Positions 49,020-55,920 of a stretch of DNA of 64,000 nucleotides are shown in pieces. Position numbers and translations under genes: made by a program. Every line of letters begins with the position of its first letter. Position 1 is the first letter of the stretch. The DNA is from a virus, in the IMG/VR virus record IMGVR_UViG_3300042402_003388, positions 1-64,000 of that record; one strand, given 5' to 3'. A model generated the notes under the pieces. It saw only the letters and a list, made by a program, of their open reading frames with translations. It had not been told where the DNA came from and searched no databases.

Positions 49020-49130
49020 ATGAAAAACACTAATAAACATATGAACGTCGTGATTTGGAAACAACAATTTAGTAATTGTTCGTATCCGCGTATTTCGCAT
49101 ACAAGTTCAGTTGATGAAGGTTTAGTGTAA
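49020..49130 (+). CDS. leader peptide 2 (36 aa) of tRNA array 2
   Basis: MKNTNKHMNVVIWKQQFSNCSYPRISHTSSVDEGLV; codons 5-27 match array-2 tRNAs; AGTTCAG pairs with terminator arm. Confidence 0.85.
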   Translation: MKNTNKHMNVVIWKQQFSNCSYPRISHTSSVDEGLV

Positions 49131-49164
49131 TGTAAATAAAATAACATACAACAAATATCTCAAG

Positions 49165-49196
49165 TCCTGAACTCAAAAAGTTCAGGATTTTTTTTT
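49165..49196 (+). terminator. attenuator terminator 2
   Basis: TCCTGAACT-CAAAA-AGTTCAGGA + 9 T. Confidence 0.85.
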
Positions 49197-49206
49197 GTTA
49201 TAAAGT

Positions 49207-49216
49207 GTTCTTTGAC
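49207..49216 (+). promoter_or_regulatory. boxA-like element
   Basis: GTTCTTTGAC right after the terminator. Confidence 0.65.
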
Positions 49217-49236
49217 ATATTGGTAAGAAAAGTAAA

Positions 49237-49308
49237 CGGGGTGTAGTCTCGAGGAGAGACGCGTGTTTTGGGAACACGAGGCGGCAGGTTCGACTCCTGT
49301 CACCCCGA
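49237..49308 (+). tRNA. tRNA-Pro(TGG)
   Basis: CGGGGTG/CACCCCG, loop TT-TGG-GA. Confidence 0.9.
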
Positions 49309-49314
49309 CTATAT

Positions 49315-49388
49315 TGTCACATAGCTCAGTTGGTTAGAGCGTTCGCCTGATACGCGAAAGGTCGATGGTTCGAGTCCATCTGTGACAA
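49315..49388 (+). tRNA. tRNA-Ile(GAT)
   Basis: canonical cloverleaf. Confidence 0.92.
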
Positions 49389-49394
49389 CTTAAT

Positions 49395-49469
49395 GTCTTC
49401 GTAGCTCAGTTGGTTTAGAGCACCTCACTTTTAATGAGGGAGTCACAGGTTCGAGTCCTGTCGGGGACA
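49395..49469 (+). tRNA. tRNA-Lys(TTT)
   Basis: canonical cloverleaf. Confidence 0.92.
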
Positions 49470-49475
49470 CAATAT

Positions 49476-49547
49476 GGTCGGTTGGCCGAGTGGCTTAGGC
49501 GATAGTCTGCAAAACTATCTACACAGGTTCGATTCCTGTACCGACCT
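49476..49547 (+). tRNA. tRNA-Cys(GCA)
   Basis: loop CT-GCA-AA, U73. Confidence 0.92.
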
Positions 49548-49552
49548 CAAAT

Positions 49553-49625
49553 ACGTCTGTAGCTCAGTTGGTAGAGCACTGGTCTCCAAAACCAGGTGTC
49601 GGTGGTTCGAATCCATCCAGGCGTG
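49553..49625 (+). tRNA. tRNA-Trp(CCA)
   Basis: loop CT-CCA-AA. Confidence 0.92.
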
Positions 49626-49629
49626 CAAT

Positions 49630-49703
49630 GACTCAGTAGCTCAGGGGTTTAGAGCAGTTGACTGTTAATCAACGGGTCGTAGGTTCGATTCCTACCTGGG
49701 TCG
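49630..49703 (+). tRNA. tRNA-Asn(GTT)
   Basis: loop CT-GTT-AA. Confidence 0.92.
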
Positions 49704-49706
49704 CAA

Positions 49707-49841
49707 TAGGTTGATTAGGGAATGATTGTACTGATAGTTCGAGAGTGAATACTGACTAGTACAATCGGAGTTTGCAGGTATTCACCCGAGTAATGCTAAT
49801 CGTAAAAACAGATGTCCACTGAACCATCTTCTGTTTTCCTA
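49707..49841 (+). ncRNA. unknown ~135-nt RNA with loop-loop pseudoknot
   Basis: GATTAG/CTAATC, GATTGTACT/AGTACAATC, GTGAATACT/GGTATTCAC, AAAACAGA/TCTGTTTT. Confidence 0.6.
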
Positions 49842-49845
49842 AATT

Positions 49846-49926
49846 GGGAGTGTTGAGCAACGGTTGCTTAGCTGACTGTAAATCAGTGGTCTTACGACAT
49901 TGGGGGTTCGAATCCCTCCACTCCCA
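49846..49926 (+). tRNA. tRNA-Tyr(GTA)
   Basis: loop CT-GTA-AA, variable arm. Confidence 0.9.
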
Positions 49927-49934
49927 CAAAATAA

Positions 49935-49961
49935 AAAAGGGGATATAAATCCCCTCTTTTT
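49935..49961. terminator. bidirectional intrinsic terminator
   Basis: AGGGGAT-ATAA-ATCCCCT flanked by A and T tracts. Confidence 0.65.
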
Positions 49962-49979
49962 CGATTAGGTCGTTATCAA

Positions 49980-50144
49980 TTATTTCTGTTTAGCAATAAT
50001 TGACCATACACCACCAACTAATGTAACTGCAGCTCCGATAAGTTCTTGAACTGTTGAATCAGTTGCAAGACCTTTCATAATCAGGATACCACCCACAAAA
50101 GTAAGTGCGTGTCTAACGATACCTTGGATTTGTTCTTTAGTCAT
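49980..50144 (-). CDS. small two-TM putative holin
   Basis: MTKEQIQGIVRHALTFVGG...GVWS; TATTTATA upstream on - strand. Confidence 0.7.
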   Translation of the reverse strand: MTKEQIQGIVRHALTFVGGILIMKGLATDSTVQELIGAAVTLVGGVWSIIAKQK

Positions 50145-50200
50145 TATAAATTTGATTAAAGGTTTATGCCAGACTATAAATATTGGAAAAACGGTCAAAC

Positions 50201-50271
50201 TGTCCTTTCGTCTAATGGCAGGACACGTGGTTTTGGTCCACGCGGTGGAGGTTCGAATCCTCCAGGGACAA
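50201..50271 (+). tRNA. tRNA-Gln(TTG)
   Basis: loop TT-TTG-GT, U1-A72. Confidence 0.9.
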
Positions 50272-50325
50272 CAAGGGGTTAGGTGGAAACCCAAGAGTAG
50301 GTGATGAGTCTACGTCCACCAAAAT

Positions 50326-50397
50326 ACCGATGTAGCTCAGTGGTAGAGCACTTCTTTCATACGGAAGGTGTCGGAAGTTCAATTCTTCCCATCGGTA
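50326..50397 (+). tRNA. tRNA-Met(CAT), elongator
   Basis: paired 1-72, loop TT-CAT-AC. Confidence 0.8.
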
Positions 50398-50403
50398 CTT
50401 AAC

Positions 50404-50478
50404 AGTTCCTTAGCTCAGTTGGTTTAGAGCACTTCTTTTACACGGAAGGGGTCGTAGGTTCGAATCCTACAGGGACTA
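50404..50478 (+). tRNA. tRNA-Val(TAC)
   Basis: loop TT-TAC-AC. Confidence 0.92.
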
Positions 50479-50485
50479 CAAAATG

Positions 50486-50522
50486 CCAAACTCGGTAGTA
50501 AAACACGTCCAAACTCGGTAGT
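50486..50522 (+). repeat. 14-nt direct repeat CCAAACTCGGTAGT x2
   Basis: copies at 50486 and 50509, just upstream of a TTTG..TACCTTTG promoter. Confidence 0.8.
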
Positions 50523-50633
50523 TTTAAAAAAAGTTTGGTGAATTGAAAAATGTTTCATACCTTTGTATTCACAAACAACGGGGGGTAGGAGTTAGTAAGT
50601 CGGTGGCCTACCCCCCCTGAGACAAGATAGAAA

Positions 50634-50643
50634 GTTCTTTGAA
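50634..50643 (+). promoter_or_regulatory. boxA-like element
   Basis: GTTCTTTGAA after strong GC hairpin 50580-50617. Confidence 0.55.
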
Positions 50644-50652
50644 TTAAAATAC

Positions 50653-50787
50653 TGATAATGGTTTTCCCCACTCAACGGATGTCGACAATCCAGAATGGAA
50701 TCGGAATTCAGCACCCCCTGCCGAGGCCTCGTAAAACTACGATTAAGCAGTTAAGATTGGAGCGAGATGGGTACTCCAACATTATCA
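50653..50787 (+). ncRNA. unknown multibranch RNA
   Basis: closing stem TGATAATG/CATTATCA with four internal hairpins. Confidence 0.5.
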
Positions 50788-50792
50788 TACTT

Positions 50793-50865
50793 GGAACGGT
50801 AGCTCAGTTGGTAGAGCACTTGCCTGAAGAGCAAGGTGTCGGCGGTTCGATTCCGCCCCGTTCCA
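50793..50865 (+). tRNA. tRNA-Phe(GAA)
   Basis: canonical cloverleaf. Confidence 0.92.
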
Positions 50866-50939
50866 CGGAGTCCTGAAATAACAGGAAACCCCCACTCCCA
50901 TATGGCAGCCAGTCCATTAACCTGGTGAAGTGGGGTAAT

Positions 50940-51073
50940 AGTCGAGTGGGCGTAATGAGGGATGGTACCCGAGTCCCCAAGACCAATAGTCCCAGACACT
51001 TGTGGGTTCTATGGAGTCGTAAGGTTGTCTAATCCGTCTTGAACGGTATTCGGTTCGAGTCCGACCTTGACTA
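50940..51073 (+). ncRNA. tRNA-like element (134 nt) with enlarged central domain
   Basis: acceptor AGTCGAG/CTTGACT-A, T arm TCGG-TTCGAGT-CCGA. Confidence 0.6.
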
Positions 51074-51079
51074 CAAAAT

Positions 51080-51181
51080 AGTCAGGAGTCCATTGGTTGG
51101 AGTCACCTCCCCAAGGTTGAGTAACAGTAAGGCTGACTCTTTATGGCAAAGACGGAACAGGTTCGAATCCTGTCCTGACTA
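51080..51181 (+). ncRNA. tRNA-like element (102 nt) with enlarged anticodon loop
   Basis: acceptor AGTCAGG/CCTGACT-A, T arm ACAGG-TTCGAAT-CCTGT, GTCA/TGAC stem with ~28-nt insert. Confidence 0.65.
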
Positions 51182-51185
51182 CACG

Positions 51186-51394
51186 AGTCGAGTAGTATAC
51201 GACTAGTTTGCTCCCGAATGATGAGAAGTGGTGTTACAACCATAGGGACCTGAGCCGATTACTTGAGTCTAAGTCGGTTGGTTAGTGTACCAGTAACAGG
51301 AGTAAGTTAACACACAAGTTCTAACCCCTCACGAAATTGGTGAGTTGCCGCTGAAATTCGGTATTGGGGACAGTCAAAAATGATTGAACGACTA
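51186..51394 (+). ncRNA. unknown ~210-nt structured RNA
   Basis: TTGCTCC/GGAGTAA, AGCCGATT/AAGTCGGTT, CCCC/GGGG multibranch domains. Confidence 0.5.
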
Positions 51395-51397
51395 TAT

Positions 51398-51471
51398 GGT
51401 GGTTATAGCTCAGTTGGTAGAGCACTTGATTGTGGTTCAAGGTGTCACGGGTTCGATTCCCGTTAATCACC
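51398..51471 (+). tRNA. tRNA-His(GTG)
   Basis: G-1:C73, loop TT-GTG-GT. Confidence 0.92.
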
Positions 51472-51477
51472 CAAAAA

Positions 51478-51565
51478 GGAGGAATGGCAGAGTGGTCGAT
51501 TGCACTAGTCTTGAAAACTAGCGTACCGAAAGGTACCGTAGGTTCGAATCCTACTTCCTCCGCCA
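51478..51565 (+). tRNA. tRNA-Ser(TGA)
   Basis: long variable arm, G73, encoded CCA. Confidence 0.95.
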
Positions 51566-51567
51566 AA

Positions 51568-51975
51568 GACCCCACGATTAACGGAAGTATCCGACCGTTA
51601 CGGAGTGTGAACCTGACTTGAAGGCTTCAAGGCTATGGGGGAGGCAACACAAACAAACAAGGATTCCCCATTATGGATTAAGGGGGTAAGGGGCTTTAAT
51701 TAGTCGTAATACAATCCACAAGTTGTAAGAATACTGAACAATCTTACAATACACACTCAGCTTCCGAGTGAGACTCGCCACGTAACTTTGGGGGTAGGGT
51801 GAAGATGTTCTGAGGGTAACCCTGAAATATGGGTGAGAGTAGAAACCCACCGTGGACGGTTACTATGGGCTAACGAATCTTAGTCATATCGGTGAGGGAT
51901 ACTAATGACGCCAGACTATATTAAAAACTAAAAGGTTCTCCTCAAAGGCGGAGGGACGATTCAGGACCTTTTTTA
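51568..51975 (+). ncRNA. 400-nt GC-enriched structured non-coding block (probably several RNAs)
   Basis: successive closed domains, no ORF, ends in hairpin + T tract. Confidence 0.5.
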
Positions 51976-52002
51976 ATCCTACACTTAAAAAATCTAAAAT
52001 AT

Positions 52003-52206
52003 ATGACAGACAAATTACAAGAGTTGTTAGAAACATCTCAAATCGGTGAGCCCGAAATTGTTGACTTATTAAACTCAATGTACAAATTGGTTGAAACTAA
52101 ATTATTTACACAGGATGAGTTCAATGTTGTGTTAGATAGGTTAGGAATCAAACAAGAAGGGAATTCCTTCATTTTTAATGAAGATATGGTTTATACCTTC
52201 AATTAA
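52003..52206 (+). CDS. hypothetical protein
   Basis: 67-aa ORF. Confidence 0.65.
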   Translation: MTDKLQELLETSQIGEPEIVDLLNSMYKLVETKLFTQDEFNVVLDRLGIKQEGNSFIFNEDMVYTFN

Positions 52207-52212
52207 AAGTAT

Positions 52213-52284
52213 AGTCCCTTGGTGTAACGGATAGCACGAAACACTACGGATGTTTTAGTGGGGGTTCGAATCCCTCAGGGACTA
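52213..52284 (+). tRNA. tRNA-Arg(ACG)
   Basis: loop CT-ACG-GA. Confidence 0.9.
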
Positions 52285-52289
52285 CTATT

Positions 52290-52375
52290 GGAAGATTACC
52301 CAAGTTGGTGAAGGGGCTTGTTTGCTAAACAAGTAGGACTGTAAGGTCGCGAGGGTTCGAGCCCCTCATCTTCCG
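52290..52375 (+). tRNA. tRNA-Ser(GCT)
   Basis: loop TT-GCT-AA, long variable arm, G73. Confidence 0.92.
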
Positions 52376-52379
52376 CACA

Positions 52380-52922
52380 TTATCTTAATTGATTATATAC
52401 CGATAACGACTTATTAATGAATACCTTTCTGTCTGATTTTTGATAACAGTCGGATGCGAAATATCCATCAGCGTCATACCTATCAATATGGAATCTTGTA
52501 TCACCAATAGTTTCAATAGACACTATAAAGTTATGACTATCGATATACCCAACCCTAATAATGTTACCAATCAATCTATTAGAGTTATCTTTATTTGATT
52601 GACCAAAACTTATAAAATCAGCGTCAATATCTTTAATATTATCCCATAGTTCAGGATGTAGTAATGTGTCGTCATCATTTGAGTATACATAACCATCCTT
52701 AATCATATCAATAGCGTAATTTCGTTGTGCGTGGCCTGCGGTACTTCTCGGATTTCTATGTAAATACGTCTCACAATTATCAGGAATTAACTTTTTGTCG
52801 GGTAGTTCGTCAAAATCAAAAACAACTATCCATCGATAATTTTCTTTTGGGATGTTTATACTTTCAGAGATTAAATGTAAATTCTCAGGTCTACTACAAG
52901 GTGTTATGATATTTAATTTCAT
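52380..52922 (-). CDS. GT-A fold glycosyltransferase
   Basis: IITPCSRP; WIVVFD; QRN.A; NDDD. Confidence 0.8.
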   Translation of the reverse strand: MKLNIITPCSRPENLHLISESINIPKENYRWIVVFDFDELPDKKLIPDNCETYLHRNPRSTAGHAQRNYAIDMIKDGYVYSNDDDTLLHPELWDNIKDIDADFISFGQSNKDNSNRLIGNIIRVGYIDSHNFIVSIETIGDTRFHIDRYDADGYFASDCYQKSDRKVFINKSLSVYNQLR

Positions 52923-53506
52923 TTTAACTTATCTAATTTTTTAATCCAACTTGTGTCTTGGAATATTTTATCAGGTTCACCTAATTTTTCGTGGATTGCA
53001 TTTACAACTCCTTGCCATACTGAATGATAATCGTGTCCACAAATAAAACCTGATTTATTAATTATAGGTTGGTAATTTTCAATATCAGTTTTAACTTGGT
53101 CGTACGTATGTAAACCATCAATGTAAACTAAATCTACCTTTAGGTCTTTTAATTCTTTAATAGCTTCGTCTGAAATTTTACGGATATGAGTAACATTATT
53201 ATATTTCGACATTCTTGAGTTAAACGTATCATATACTTTAGTTAAATCCATATATTGACAGGTCACATCATTTTTGTCGTAATCGTTGAAGAACGGGTCA
53301 ATTGCAATTACTTTTTTAAACTTATTTGCGAATAATTCTGTAGATTCACCAGCGTATGAACCGATTTCAATCATCACCATTTCTTTAGTGTCTGAAAACG
53401 TGTTAACATATTCGATTAAATCTTCTAATCCTTGACGATATTTCTCGTCTCTCATTACATATAATTTATCTTTGTGTAAATTTTTTTTGTCTAAATTTTC
53501 TACCAT
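52919..53506 (-). CDS. class I SAM methyltransferase (Methyltransf_24-like)
   Basis: IEIGSYAGES; VYIDGLHTY; GHDY. Confidence 0.85.
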   Translation of the reverse strand: MVENLDKKNLHKDKLYVMRDEKYRQGLEDLIEYVNTFSDTKEMVMIEIGSYAGESTELFANKFKKVIAIDPFFNDYDKNDVTCQYMDLTKVYDTFNSRMSKYNNVTHIRKISDEAIKELKDLKVDLVYIDGLHTYDQVKTDIENYQPIINKSGFICGHDYHSVWQGVVNAIHEKLGEPDKIFQDTSWIKKLDKLK

Positions 53507-54123
53507 TTTTTTTGATTTAATAAGTTAGTATGTGGGTGAACAGACCCATTAGTGTAGTTATGGAAATCATTAATAATTCTATCAGGGTGTGATTCTAAAA
53601 ATTTAGAATTCTTTAAGAATATCCCCACATAATCTGACCAAATGTCCGATTCCTTATTACTGGTATATTGTTCCAATAGTGTTGAGTCGTGACCATTTCG
53701 GTTACCCCATTTAATTAACGACTGACCACTATCAGGAAAAAATCTCCAACTGTCAATTGGGTATTGGTGGAAGTCCCCATTAGACGGTGCGTTTAAATAA
53801 AAAACTCCTGAAGGTTTTAGTACTCTCATAATCTCCAAATACGATAACCAAAAGAAATCAATGTGTTCAAAACAAGATGAACTAATAACAAAATCAAACG
53901 TATTATCTTCAAAGGGTAATACATATGGGTCTGTCAATACTACATCGACTCCTGGACCCTCAGACAGGTCAACACCGACATACTTAGAGTTTTGAGGGTT
54001 TAAAGAACGAATGTTGAACCCTCCAATATATGAACCAATTTCTAAAATTGTCATCTCTTCTTTGTTTGGGTAAACATATTTGTTGAAAAATCTATAAGCG
54101 TTTTGTTCTGCGGTTTTGTGCAT
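53500..54123 (-). CDS. class I SAM methyltransferase (Methyltransf_11-like)
   Basis: LEIGS; LPFEDNTFD..ISSSCFEH; RVLKPSG; P.DSWRF. Confidence 0.85.
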   Translation of the reverse strand: MHKTAEQNAYRFFNKYVYPNKEEMTILEIGSYIGGFNIRSLNPQNSKYVGVDLSEGPGVDVVLTDPYVLPFEDNTFDFVISSSCFEHIDFFWLSYLEIMRVLKPSGVFYLNAPSNGDFHQYPIDSWRFFPDSGQSLIKWGNRNGHDSTLLEQYTSNKESDIWSDYVGIFLKNSKFLESHPDRIINDFHNYTNGSVHPHTNLLNQKKW

Positions 54124-54230
54124 AATATTTTTTTAAATAAATGTAATATCTTTGGATAATATATCAATAGTCATTCATTTTTGAGTAATCAATTTTTTGT
54201 CAGTCTAAATTTTTTTTGTATCTTTGTCTT

Positions 54231-54731
54231 ATGAAAAATCAACTACCATACTGTAAGACATCTGATGCGATTAAAGGTTATGATAATTCTTCTATCGCAA
54301 AATCTGAAACTAATGATTGTGTTGTGAGAGCGATAGCTTCGGCTTTTGACATTGAGTATGATAAAGCTCACAAATTTGTCGCCGATAAATTTGGACGTAA
54401 ACCAAGACAAGGAACTTTTGGGTTTATCCTTGGAATGAATAAATTTGCTAAAGACCGTACTCGTATTGGTCGTAAATGTTGTAAAGAGATGGGTAGACCT
54501 GTTGAACACTCATCTTTCAGCACCCTTGAGTATACCGTTACCGTAAAAGGTGAGAAAGTTAATCGTCAAATGACTGTAGGTACCTTCATTAAAAAATACC
54601 CAAAAGGAACTTATGTTTTGTGTGTTAGTAGACACGCGTTTACAATTAAAGACGGTGTTGTAATCGGTAATACAGATGACGCCACTAAAAAAAGAAAAAT
54701 TGTAAACTTCGCTTGGAAAGTCGGTAGTTAA
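54231..54731 (+). CDS. papain-like (C39-like) cysteine peptidase fold protein
   Basis: NDCVVRAIA ... RHAFTIKDG. Confidence 0.55.
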   Translation: MKNQLPYCKTSDAIKGYDNSSIAKSETNDCVVRAIASAFDIEYDKAHKFVADKFGRKPRQGTFGFILGMNKFAKDRTRIGRKCCKEMGRPVEHSSFSTLEYTVTVKGEKVNRQMTVGTFIKKYPKGTYVLCVSRHAFTIKDGVVIGNTDDATKKRKIVNFAWKVGS

Positions 54732-54777
54732 TCCCTATATTTGTATGATGAAGAGAATTAGTAAAAAAAATTATAGT

Positions 54778-55188
54778 ATGAAACAAAGAATATATTTGGA
54801 CGATGTAAGAACTCCTGTTGAGAAAGACCAATGGGTTGTGGTTCGTTCTTACGATGAATTTGTGGAAAAAGTAACTGAGATTGGTTTAGACAATATTGGG
54901 TTAATTTCTTTGGACCACGATTTAGGTGACACCGCAATGGCCGAGTGGCATAAAAACGTTTACCACAATTACGAATTGAATTACGACAACATCACCGAAA
55001 AGACTGGAATGGATTGTACTAAATGGTTAGTTGAACAGTGGATGAACGGACAACCTGTAGTTGATGTTGTTATTCACTCAGCAAATGCTATCGGTAGTGC
55101 GAATATGATGGGGTACATCAACAACTACCGACACATTAATCGTTTACCTCAAAATTGTATCAGAGTACAAATCGAACACACAGTATAA
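54778..55188 (+). CDS. cyclic-phosphate-processing receiver-domain protein
   Basis: IYLDDVRTP; ISLDHDLG; TG.DC.KWL; IHSAN..G..NM. Confidence 0.8.
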   Translation: MKQRIYLDDVRTPVEKDQWVVVRSYDEFVEKVTEIGLDNIGLISLDHDLGDTAMAEWHKNVYHNYELNYDNITEKTGMDCTKWLVEQWMNGQPVVDVVIHSANAIGSANMMGYINNYRHINRLPQNCIRVQIEHTV

Positions 55189-55189
55189 T

Positions 55190-55423
55190 ATGGAAAAATT
55201 AAAGTATAAAATAAATGCGTTTCTTGAAGTACTTTGGATGATATTACTTCCGTTAGTAATCGCTAACGGAATATTTTATCTCCTTGGTAGTTTTATTGCT
55301 TGGGACTTTAACCCATTTAATTGGTGGGCGTTTACAAGTACTTTTGGTAGAGTTTTAATGGTAATTGTTGAGGTTGCCATATTAGTTAACATTCCTACTT
55401 GGTGGGAGCAATTCGATAAATAA
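55190..55423 (+). CDS. two-TM membrane protein
   Basis: YLLGSFIAWDFNP.NW. Confidence 0.65.
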   Translation: MEKLKYKINAFLEVLWMILLPLVIANGIFYLLGSFIAWDFNPFNWWAFTSTFGRVLMVIVEVAILVNIPTWWEQFDK

Positions 55424-55920
55424 TGAATATTTTTATTCTTGATTATGACGTTAAAAAATGTGCACAATATCACGTAGATAAGCACGTTGTTAAAATGATA
55501 TTAGAGACCGCTCAGTTATTGTGTGGAGTTCATCACTTAACCCCCCAAGTCACCACCCAAGTCCCATACAAGTTGTCTCATAAGAATCACCCTTGTTCAA
55601 TTTGGACAAGAGAGTCATTATCAAATTACTTGTACTTGTGTGAGTTGGGTTTGGAGTTATGTAAGGAATATACTTACCGATATGGAAAAAGACATAAATC
55701 TCAGGATGTAATTGAGTGGTGTTTGATTAACAAACCAAACATTCCTGATATCGGATTTACAGAACCTGCTATGGCGATGCCTGACGAATATAAAGTCAAA
55801 TCTGTGGTTGAATCCTATAGAAATTATTATATGGGTGCGAAATCAGGATTTGCGGTTTGGAAAAATAGAGAAAAACCTGAATGGTTTAAAGAAAAAGTAT
55901 TAGATTTACAATATGATTAA
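55423..55920 (+). CDS. pyrimidine-dimer DNA glycosylase-like protein
   Basis: MNIF.LD; DKHVVKMILETAQLL; H.NHPC..W; EY..RYGK.H. Confidence 0.75.
   Translation: MNIFILDYDVKKCAQYHVDKHVVKMILETAQLLCGVHHLTPQVTTQVPYKLSHKNHPCSIWTRESLSNYLYLCELGLELCKEYTYRYGKRHKSQDVIEWCLINKPNIPDIGFTEPAMAMPDEYKVKSVVESYRNYYMGAKSGFAVWKNREKPEWFKEKVLDLQYD

Noticed and set aside
48902-49147. 81-aa minus-strand ORF
   Set aside because: Antisense to leader 2 and its promoter; the + strand signals explain the region.
46011-51621. ORF-track entries overlapping tRNAs and ncRNAs (46011, 46026, 46147, 46471, 49474, 50658, 50751, 50804, 51321, 51430; also 12389, 40439, 40535)
   Set aside because: Open frames arising by chance in GC-rich RNA genes; no start context or protein-like composition.
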